Source: Candidatus Latescibacterota bacterium
GTDB taxonomy: Bacteria > Latescibacterota > UBA2968 > GCA-2709665
Assembly: GCA_965226795.1 (NCBI GenBank)
Contig: CBDDDZ010000004.1
Location: forward strand, 1-64,000
Reading direction: 5' to 3'
Length of the DNA: 64,000 bases
The position numbers and the translations under genes are program-made. The notes beneath the pieces were generated by a model. The model was not told the origin of the DNA and did no database searches. It saw only the letters and a list, made by a program, of their open reading frames with translations. Position 1 is the first letter of the stretch, and the number at the start of each line of letters is the position of its first letter. This document shows, one piece after another, positions 10,789 through 19,219 of the stretch.

Positions 10789-13700
10789 CTATTCAAAGGT
10801 GCCCCTGGTGACGCGTCCACCTTCGATGCTGCATCCGCCGGCGGCGATACAGGTATATCGGGTTCCATCCTGTAGTTCGATCAGGCCGCCATTCTGGAAG
10901 CTGAGAACCGTGCGGCCGCCGCTGCTCGTAAGACTCGCGCCGGTTAGACGTCTCGGAACAAAGAAACCGGTTGGGAAATTCGGGAGGGCGTCGCCAACGC
11001 CATAGGTTCCGCCACTGCTGCCACCGGCGGCGCCTACGGCCAGACCCGATGGATCCACAAGCCCGTCGGCGCTGGTGAGAAGGTCTTCGACGTTGGAACC
11101 ATCGAGGTCCGCGCGCTGGACCTTGTCCGCGTCCACGTCCGCCCAGTACATCTTGCCGCCGGACACGTCGAGATCCAACCCGTTGGGACTTGTCAGGCCG
11201 GTGGCGACCAGGTCTTCCACGTTGGAACCGTCGAGATCCGCGCGTTGGATCCTGGATGTTCCGCGGTCCGTCCAGTACATCTTGCCGCCGGACACGTCCA
11301 GAGCCAGGCCGGTGGGGTTGCTCAACCCGCTGGAGACCAGGTCTTCCACGTTGGATGCGTCCAGATCCGCCCGCTGGATCTTGTCCGACCCGGGGTTCGT
11401 CCAATACATCTTGCCGGCGGACACGTCCAAAGCGATTTCACCTGGAAATGGGAAGCCGGCGAGGGCAATGAGATCTTCAACATTGGAACCATCCAGATCT
11501 GCGCGTTGAATCTTGCCGTTCTGCCGATTCGTCCAGTACATCTTGCCGGCGGACACGTCAAGGGCCAGACCGTACGGTATGCTAAGGCCGCTGGTGACCA
11601 GATCCTCCACGTTGGAGCCGTCCAGATCGGCGCGTTGGATCTTGGACGTGCCCGCGTCCGTCCAGTACATCTTACCGCCCGCCATATCCAGGGCCAGCCC
11701 ATCGGGGCCGTTCAGCCCGGCGCTGCTGACCAGGTCTTCCACGTTGGATCCATCGAGATCCGCCCGTTGAATCTTGTCCGTGCCCCAGTCCGTCCAGTAC
11801 AGCTTCGACGCTACAGTAGTTGGCGGAGGCGGTGGCTGTGATGCGACTGTGACGCTCACGGCAGCAGAGCAGTTGTTTCCGGTATCGGATTCTCCGGATA
11901 CGGCGTCGACACAGGCTCCGTAATAGTAGGTTCCGGGATTCGATGGGGCCGCCAAATTAACCGATAGAGCCTGATCAATCGATCCACCATTCCCGCCGGA
12001 AGCCGGCAGGCCGCTCACGGCATCGGTGCCGACCTCCATGTCACTCGTGGAAATCGTCGCGTCAGACGAGCGGTAGTACCGCAACGTCGTCGCCGCGGAC
12101 GAGCCATTGCCGCTGTTCCGGACCGTCGCACTCAGCGTAAACGACGCCCCGGCGGCAGGACTGTTGTTGTCAACCGAAGGGGATACGACAACCAGATCAG
12201 GGGCAGGGGCCGCGCCAACGGTTACCGTCACCGCAGCGGAGCAGTTGTTTCCGGTATCGGATTCTCCGGATACGGCGTCCACACAGGCGCCGTAATAGTA
12301 GGTTCTGGTACCCGATGGCGCCGTCAGGTCGATCGATAAAGCCAGATCAATCGATCCTCCATTCCCTCTGGACGCCGGAAGGCCGTTCACCGCGTCCGTT
12401 CCGACTTCAGTGTCACTCGTAGATATCCTCGCGTTCGAAGAGCGGTAATAACGCAACGTCGTCACCGCGGACATTTCATCGCCCTGGTTGCGAACGGACG
12501 CACCCAGCGTAAAGGAGGCGCCGGCAGCCGGGCTGCTGTTGCTGACAAAAGGCGATACGACAACCAGGTCGGCAGCGCCTCCACCACCGCCACCGCCGGT
12601 ACCGGATCCGCCTCCACCGCTGCCAGACGCCGTCGCCACGGCCACTCCCGACGGATCGACGAGTCCGTCAGCGCCGGTAACCAGGTCTTCAACGCCTGAG
12701 CCGTCCAGGTTGGCACGCTGTACCTTGTTCGTTCCCGCGTCCGCCCAGTACATCTTCCCGCCGGACACGTCAAGGGCCAACCCATTGGGACTGTTCAAGC
12801 CTGTGGTGACCAGGTCTTCGATGCCTGATCCGTTGAGGTTGGCGCGCTGTATCTTATCGGTGCGCCGGTCGGTCCAGTACATCTTGCCGCCGGATACGTC
12901 CAGCGCAAAGCCGGTGGGACTGCTAACGCCGCTGGTCACGAGGTCTTCGACCCCCGAACCGTCCAGGCTGGCGCGTTGAATCTTGCTGTTGCCCAGATTC
13001 GTCCAGTACATCTTGCCGCCCGACACGTCCAGAGCCAATCCGCCGGGAAATGTCAAACCGCTCGTTATAATGTCCTCGACATTGGCGCCATTGAGATCGG
13101 CACGCTGTATCTTGTTCGTCTGCCTGTTCGTCCAGTACATCTTGCCGCCCGACACGTCCAGCGCCAGTCCGTACGGAATTCCCAGGCCGGTGACCAGGTC
13201 TTCGACGTTTGAGCCATTGAGATCGGCTCGCTGGATCTTGTTCGCGCCCGCGTCCGTCCAGTACATCTTGCCACCCGCCATATCCAGCGCCAATCCGTCA
13301 GGACCGTCCAGCCCGCCGCCCGAGACCAGGTCTTCGACCCCCGAACCGTCCAGGTTGGCGCGTTGAATCTTGTCCGTGCCCCAGTCCGTCCAATAAAGCT
13401 TCGACGCTCCGGTGGCAGGCGGAGTCTGCGTCGTTACGGTTACGGTGACGGAAGCCGAGCAATTGTTCCCGGTATCGGATTCACCTGCCACCGCGTCGAC
13501 ACAGGCTCCGTAGTAGTGGGTGCCGGAATCCGTCGGAGCGATCAAACTATACGACATGGCGCTTCCGGCCGAAGCCGCAAGCCCTCGCACCGTATCCGTA
13601 CCATCCTGAGTGTCACTCGTGGTAATCGTCGCGTCCGTCGAGCGGTAGTAGCGTAACGTTGTGGCGGCGGACGCGGCACTGCCCAGGTTGCGTACCTGGA

Positions 13701-14481
13701 CGCTCAGTGCAAAGGGACCTCCCGCAGCCACACGTGCGCTGCTGACCAAAAGCGATTGGACTACGAGATCCGGGTTGCCGCCACCACCGCCGCCCGTTGA
13801 AGGCGGCGGACCCCCAAAACTCTGTGCAAAGATCAAAAAGTCCGTAAAACCGATCGAACCATCGGAATTCAGATCGACCCCGGCATCGTAGGTCCCATCG
13901 CCCTGCCGCGACCCGAACACGCTCGCGAGAATCAGGAAATCCGAGAAACCTACGTAGTCATCGCCATCTAGATCAGGGGAGGGCGCGGAATTGAAACTGA
14001 TCGCAGTGGTTGTCGCGAGTTCGTCGCTCGAAGTCGTACTCTCGGCGAGTGTAACCGACTCGATGCCTATGGAAAACTGCCGGCCCGTTACGTCGGAAAC
14101 GGTCGTGAACTCCGCGCGCGCCAGAAAACCCGATGACGACAACGTGGCGGGGTTACGCGTCGCGAAGAGGGTCCCGGTCGAGCCTTCGGGAAGCGTGAGG
14201 GGAAACGCGCTGTTTTCGGCCTTGACAAAGGACAGGAGGGAAGCGTCAAAGTCAAATTCGATAGAAATACCGATCAGAGACGTCCTCACACCCGTTGCGA
14301 AAACCTCGATGGCGACGGTTGTGCCCCGACCGGAAACTGTCCCCGACGTAACCCCACCATCCGTCCGGTTGCCGGCGCCGCCACCGGGAATGAGGTCAAG
14401 CGACAAAACGGCATTTGCATTGGCGCCGGCATACGCATGACCCGCAAAGACCAGCAACCCGAGGACGGCGATCAACAACAA
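10789..14481 (-). CDS. Secreted adaptor-like protein: cohesin-like, dockerin-like, CARDB, 6-blade YWTD, 2x CARDB, 6-blade YWTD, small Cys-containing C-terminal domain
   Basis: Signal peptide; VAIEVFATG..LIGISIEFDFDASLLSFVK (cohesin-like); DLDGDDYVGFSDFLIL...DLNSDGSIGFTDFLIFAQSFG (dockerin-like); three DLVV..YYGACVD units. The start is uncertain: the ATG after AAGGAG (near 14498) is out of frame. Confidence 0.85.
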   Translation of the reverse strand: MLLIAVLGLLVFAGHAYAGANANAVLSLDLIPGGGAGNRTDGGVTSGTVSGRGTTVAIEVFATGVRTSLIGISIEFDFDASLLSFVKAENSAFPLTLPEGSTGTLFATRNPATLSSSGFLARAEFTTVSDVTGRQFSIGIESVTLAESTTSSDELATTTAISFNSAPSPDLDGDDYVGFSDFLILASVFGSRQGDGTYDAGVDLNSDGSIGFTDFLIFAQSFGGPPPSTGGGGGGNPDLVVQSLLVSSARVAAGGPFALSVQVRNLGSAASAATTLRYYRSTDATITTSDTQDGTDTVRGLAASAGSAMSYSLIAPTDSGTHYYGACVDAVAGESDTGNNCSASVTVTVTTQTPPATGASKLYWTDWGTDKIQRANLDGSGVEDLVSGGGLDGPDGLALDMAGGKMYWTDAGANKIQRADLNGSNVEDLVTGLGIPYGLALDVSGGKMYWTNRQTNKIQRADLNGANVEDIITSGLTFPGGLALDVSGGKMYWTNLGNSKIQRASLDGSGVEDLVTSGVSSPTGFALDVSGGKMYWTDRRTDKIQRANLNGSGIEDLVTTGLNSPNGLALDVSGGKMYWADAGTNKVQRANLDGSGVEDLVTGADGLVDPSGVAVATASGSGGGGSGTGGGGGGGAADLVVVSPFVSNSSPAAGASFTLGASVRNQGDEMSAVTTLRYYRSSNARISTSDTEVGTDAVNGLPASRGNGGSIDLALSIDLTAPSGTRTYYYGACVDAVSGESDTGNNCSAAVTVTVGAAPAPDLVVVSPSVDNNSPAAGASFTLSATVRNSGNGSSAATTLRYYRSSDATISTSDMEVGTDAVSGLPASGGNGGSIDQALSVNLAAPSNPGTYYYGACVDAVSGESDTGNNCSAAVSVTVASQPPPPPTTVASKLYWTDWGTDKIQRADLDGSNVEDLVSSAGLNGPDGLALDMAGGKMYWTDAGTSKIQRADLDGSNVEDLVTSGLSIPYGLALDVSAGKMYWTNRQNGKIQRADLDGSNVEDLIALAGFPFPGEIALDVSAGKMYWTNPGSDKIQRADLDASNVEDLVSSGLSNPTGLALDVSGGKMYWTDRGTSRIQRADLDGSNVEDLVATGLTSPNGLDLDVSGGKMYWADVDADKVQRADLDGSNVEDLLTSADGLVDPSGLAVGAAGGSSGGTYGVGDALPNFPTGFFVPRRLTGASLTSSGGRTVLSFQNGGLIELQDGTRYTCIAAGGCSIEGGRVTRGTFE

Positions 14482-14690
14482 GCTCTTTTTGAAGACATTT
14501 GGGTAACACTCCTTTGCGCCAGGGAAGATTTCCGGCCTGACATTGCCCCGGTGGGGGTTTGGACACTTGAGTTCACAACGCCGTGAGCGACCCGCCTGCG
14601 CCTGCTTTGTCGCCGGAATGAAATTCGATGCCGACGCCTGTACAGCTCCGGGGCATCCCCAAGTTCACAGACGCCATATTGGCTTGAGAC

Positions 14691-15500
14691 CTACTTCAAT
14701 AACAGCATCCGTTTGGACGCCGAGAAACTCCCCGCCTGTATCCGGTACAGGAAGATGCCACTGGCAACACGCCGGCCCAATGCGTCCGTCCCATCCCAGG
14801 TCGACGTAAACGATCCCGCGTCCCTCCTCTCGTTCACCAGTACACGTACCTCCTGGCCCAGCAGATTGAATATCGAAAGCCGGACCAACCCCGCTTCGGA
14901 TAACTGGTAGCCGATCACGGTGGAGGGGTTGAACGGATTCGGCATATTCTGGTCCAGATTGAACTGATCCGGCAATGGCTTCAGATTGCCGATTTCGAAG
15001 TGAGTCAACAGGTCAACCGCGCCATCCACGCCGACCAGTACGCTTTCCGAAACCTGAAAATCGTCAGACGCCGGTGTGCCGCTCGTCTTGAACACAAGCT
15101 CAACGAGTTTCCCCTCGCCGCTGGCCCCCTGGCGGTCGACCTTCACAGCGCCGATATCCACCTGGCCCGGCGTCCGATTCGAAGACAGGAATAGCGTCTC
15201 CTGCCCGGAACCGGATTTCAGCAGGTTCCCGTCCAATTCCGTGGCGTTAACGAACTCGTATTTCACGGGATCGAATTGCAGCGAAAATCCGTATCCCTTC
15301 AGATCATTGGCCTGCGCCAACGTGACATGCAACTTCAGAATTCCGTCGTCTGCGTCCGGGTCATTCACGCGCTCCAGCTTGAGTGTTGCAAAGGCGTTCC
15401 GGCCGCCCGTGATGTTCAATCCCCGGGTCATATCTCCGGCCGATGCCGGTCCTGCCAACACAAACGCCGCACAAACGGATGAGATAAGACGAGTCCACAT
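14691..15500 (-). CDS. Cohesin-like domain plus intact T9SS/FlgD-Ig C-terminal sorting domain (putative anchoring scaffoldin)
   Basis: AAGGAGG RBS before ATG 15500; signal peptide; LKGYGFSLQFDPVKYEFV...GEGKLVELVFK; then LDQNMPNPFNPSTVIGY...WDGTDALGRRVASGIFLYRI...KRMLLLK. Confidence 0.85.
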   Translation of the reverse strand: MWTRLISSVCAAFVLAGPASAGDMTRGLNITGGRNAFATLKLERVNDPDADDGILKLHVTLAQANDLKGYGFSLQFDPVKYEFVNATELDGNLLKSGSGQETLFLSSNRTPGQVDIGAVKVDRQGASGEGKLVELVFKTSGTPASDDFQVSESVLVGVDGAVDLLTHFEIGNLKPLPDQFNLDQNMPNPFNPSTVIGYQLSEAGLVRLSIFNLLGQEVRVLVNERRDAGSFTSTWDGTDALGRRVASGIFLYRIQAGSFSASKRMLLLK

Positions 15501-15785
15501 AACTGCCTCCTTTATGCCGTCACGCATATGGTGACGTGGTGAGTGCTGCCGACAGTGCGTCAGTCCGACCCCCACTCCCGACTCTCCCTCCGGAGGTCGG
15601 CGAGCAACTGTATATCGGGCCGATTCACTGCCTGCGTGGTTTATGCGATTTGCCTTTATACGGTACACATCAGGTCAGACGCTTTCGTTCTGGTTGATAT
15701 CACATTGGCCTACTTGAAACCGCACCTGAGCCAAAGGTATATTCACCTCTCTGCTCCGATGGACGGACGCGGCACTCGCCTGGTC

Positions 15786-15849
15786 ACCCCCTCCCGATGA
15801 GGGTGGCGCGCTTCCGAAGCTCTACGCAAAGATCAGAAAGTCCGGTGAA
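15786..15849 (-). pseudogene. Remnant of the second half of a dockerin-like module
   Basis: Reads FT(+1)DFLIFA*SFGSAPPSSGGG, matching FTDFLIFAQSFGGPPPSTGGG of 10789..14481. Confidence 0.65.
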
Positions 15850-16775
15850 CGCCTTCAGTAACGCGTCTGCCAACGTCATAGATCGTTGAATATTCGTCGA
15901 GTGGCTCACGGCCACGTATTGTGACATCACGATCATCCAGTCCTTCGGTCACGCTGGGCGGTTGTTCGGGAACATCCACACTCCGTCAGCCTTAAACCGT
16001 GGGCCAATCAGATGGATACGCGATTAACAATGGGCTATATCCACCGACCGGTTGTGCGTGTCTTGTGCCGCATCACTGTCGTTTATCCTGGTGTTTTTTT
16101 TATTTTCAGGCAACAAGAAACGGCGGGGCATTTCGGTGATTATTAGGGCTGTTTTTGATGCATTTTTTGTGATTTCGCCGGAACAAAGTCGGTTCATTTT
16201 TACGACTGAAATCCGAAACTGGTCCAACCGCTAAGTCAAGATGACAGAATTCGGGTTGGTGCCGCCGATTCGCCGGAAGTGGTGAGGCGCGGTGTCAAGA
16301 ATATCTCGTAAGTGGAGTTGTTGGATCGATGAAGTGGAACACGATCTCGAATGGAGATATTGCCAAATTTCGTGGATGCCATTCGCGCCCAATACGGACG
16401 CCCTCAGATATGGTGTGGCCAAATTTGTAGGCATAAGCGGAAATAGTAGAAAAAACCGGAAATTATGGTCGTAAATCAAGGATACGTCAGATAACTTGTG
16501 TACGTGATGGTGTGGGGCCAGGTTAGAATGACGCGGTCGTCGAACATTATGGCCTGGCGAACCAAGGTGGTTATCTCATCCTCTTGGATCGAACCTCTGC
16601 CATGCGGTACGCATATCTGAGGGTTATGACCACTTACACAAGAAAATTAACGCTGTTTCCATCCGCTTCGTTTGGAAAGAAGCCTGACAATTCGTTCAAT
16701 GTTTCGTTCTCAAACGTTACATTAATAATAACGTAATCGTAAACGGTGTCAAGATTTTTGGTTTGTCCAGGCGCT

Positions 16776-17474
16776 CTAAACTTGTCCCAGTTTCCAATTT
16801 CTGCGATACGTGGTCGGATTATTTCCATACTTCTCTTTAAATGCCTTGCTGAACGTCGACAAAGATCCAAAACCACACGAATAAGCGATCTCTGAAATGG
16901 AAGCCGTGGTGCTCTTCAGTACTTCTTCAGCCTTGGCCAGGCGAACATTCCGCAGACTCCTGCTGAATGATTCACCCAGATGTTTCTTGAACAATGCATA
17001 TCCGTAGGACTTTGAGAACCTGAAATAACGCACGACATCTTCGAATCTCAGATTAGGATTGCTGTGGTTTTCTTCGAGAAACGACTCCAGGCGGCTCTTC
17101 CACATATCCTGTAAAGGCATATATTTCCTGATATTCGCCAGGAATACATCTCTATCAATCGGTTTATCGAATACGCTGATGGCAATAGGCCTGTTCACTT
17201 TCTCTCCGAATTCCAGGGTTCCCAGGCTTGTCACCAGCAGAATAGCTGTCTGAATACTCCCTGACTTGACGCCCTCCAAAAGTGTTACCACATCCTGATC
17301 CTCGACGCATGCCTCGACCACTGCGAGGTCGATTTTCTCTCTTCTCAAAATTTCGAGGCCCCCTGGCCCATCTTTCGCAGTGACAATCTCATAAGGTTCG
17401 TCTTCCAGGAATCCTGCGAGTTCCGACATTGCAACCGGGTCGCGATCTACGATCAATATTTTTCGCTTTTCCAT
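16776..17474 (-). CDS. Atypical receiver domain + AraC HTH regulator (copy 1)
   Basis: KILIVDRD...DLAVVEACV...DKP; AraC motif ISEIAYSCGFGSLSTFSKAFKEKYGNNPTTYR. Confidence 0.9.
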   Translation of the reverse strand: MEKRKILIVDRDPVAMSELAGFLEDEPYEIVTAKDGPGGLEILRREKIDLAVVEACVEDQDVVTLLEGVKSGSIQTAILLVTSLGTLEFGEKVNRPIAISVFDKPIDRDVFLANIRKYMPLQDMWKSRLESFLEENHSNPNLRFEDVVRYFRFSKSYGYALFKKHLGESFSRSLRNVRLAKAEEVLKSTTASISEIAYSCGFGSLSTFSKAFKEKYGNNPTTYRRNWKLGQV

Positions 17475-17649
17475 TGCGTCAGGTCCCCCCAACAATCAAA
17501 GTTGCCCGTATTCGAGCCACACAGATCTACCACGCACATGCCCTGGGGAATCTCCGGACTATGGCGCTCCGGAACGGGTCATTGCGGTGCACACTAAGAA
17601 TATCCGTGACGGAAATACGATGTCAAGACCGCAAGTTTGTTCTGGAGTG

Positions 17650-18348
17650 TTAAATTTGTCCCAGTTTCCAATTTCTTCGATATGTGGTCGGATTTCTTCC
17701 AATTTTCGCCTTGAATACCTTGCTGAACGTCGACAACGATGCAAAGCCGCACAGGTAAGCAATTTCTGAAATAGAAGCCGAGGTGTTCTTCAGCGCCCCT
17801 TCCGCCTTTGCCAGGCGAACATTCCGCAGCCTGACGCTGAATGATTCGCCCAGATGTATCCTGAACAATCTATATCCATAGGTCCTGGAGAATTTGAAGT
17901 GGCGCTCGACATCCTCGAATTTCAACTCCGGATTGTCGTGGTTTTCTTCCAGAAATGACTCCAGGCGGCGCGTCCACGTGTCTTGCAGTGGCATATTTCT
18001 CCTTATATTCGCCAGGAATACCTCTCTATCTATCGGTTTATCCAGTGCGCTCATGGCATAGGCTTTGTGCACGTTTTCCCCTGACTTTAACGTTCCCAGG
18101 CTTGTCACGAGCAGCATCTCGGTCTGGATTTCTTCTGAATTCACCCCCTCCAACAGAATTATCCCGTCCAGGTCCTTCACACACGCCTCGACCACGGCAA
18201 GTTCGATCTCTTCCTTTCTCAACATTTCGAGACCTTTTTGTCCGTTTTCTGCCGTGACGATTTCATAAGATTCGTCTTGCAGAAATCCGACGATTGCCGA
18301 CTTTGCAACCGGGTCACGATCTACGATCAATATCTTACGGTTTTCCAT
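17650..18348 (-). CDS. Atypical receiver domain + AraC HTH regulator (copy 2, tandem paralog)
   Basis: Same length (232 aa) and motifs as copy 1; 874-bp offset; flanking DNA also homologous. Confidence 0.9.
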   Translation of the reverse strand: MENRKILIVDRDPVAKSAIVGFLQDESYEIVTAENGQKGLEMLRKEEIELAVVEACVKDLDGIILLEGVNSEEIQTEMLLVTSLGTLKSGENVHKAYAMSALDKPIDREVFLANIRRNMPLQDTWTRRLESFLEENHDNPELKFEDVERHFKFSRTYGYRLFRIHLGESFSVRLRNVRLAKAEGALKNTSASISEIAYLCGFASLSTFSKVFKAKIGRNPTTYRRNWKLGQI

Positions 18349-18432
18349 TTCGTCAGGTCCCCTGAACAATCAGAGTTGCCCGCATTCACGGCGCACAGAT
18401 CTATCACGCACACGCCGCAGGAAATCCCCGGA

Positions 18433-18476
18433 CCAAAGTGCCCCGGAGCAGTCCCCAAAGTGCCCCGGAGCAGTCC
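18433..18476. repeat. Perfect 22-bp tandem repeat upstream of regulator copy 2
   Basis: ccaaagtgccccggagcagtcc x2. Confidence 0.85.
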
Positions 18477-19219
18477 ATTGATGTGTATGACTTGAATATC
18501 TGTGGTGGAAATAAGAATGGAAGATTCGTCAGGTATGGATGCAGCTGGATTACCTGCGGAACTGCCTGGAGAGGGAGTGAATCGACTGATATGCGAGAGA
18601 AGCGACCGCGAGGAAATTGAGAACACCGGGCCCGGCACACTGGCGGTGCCGAGCGCGAAGAAACTAGATTCGAGAGAAAACGCCATAGCCAACCTTGTGA
18701 ACAGTTTTTCAGATTGTGGGTTTACCTATCGGTCCTGTGGAATCTGTAAGGATTGGTGTCAATCACTTATAAATCCCAAAACCGATTTGCTTATCCGTTT
18801 GTCTTACACAACCAACAAACTGTTCACAATATTGTTAGCGGCGATTTCCTCCGAAATGGATCCAAACTACGTAAGTGGCGATGACCTCGTTAGGTGAGGC
18901 GTGCCAAGTCGCGTCAGTCAACTCTGGTCACCATCAATTCCTGTCGACTATCGCGCTTCCCACGCTCTCGCCCCGCGTAAAGTTCCAAAGGCAATGTCAA
19001 GCGTCGATCAAAAAAATCCGACTGAACAATAAGTGTTTAAATTATAGAAACTTATAAATTTCGATCAGTCGAGAAACCATCATTAACTGTCCGTAACATT
19101 GACTGCGCAGGATGCGTCCTCAATACAACGGCCGTCCCTCAAAGTGAAAATGTACTCTGGACGATTATCCGGATTGTCAAACCTGCAACACAATTGGTGA
19201 CACGACCGGCGGTTCCGGT

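Noticed and set aside
5580..13400. Regular repeats of about 129 bp resembling a CRISPR array
   Set aside because: They are coding YWTD blades with no unique spacers, and there are no cas genes.
4552..14440. Long, repetitive plus-strand ORFs
   Set aside because: Antisense shadows of GC-rich repeat-coding genes, with no protein motifs.
15501..15668. N-terminal extension of the cohesin-CTD ORF
   Set aside because: The RBS and signal peptide support ATG 15500.
18327..18897. ORFs 18327..18692 and 18502..18897
   Set aside because: No recognisable motifs; they overlap each other and the regulator upstream region.
18690..19070. Possible oriC (DnaA-box-like 9-mers plus AT-rich tract)
   Set aside because: The boxes have two or more mismatches and no replication genes are nearby.
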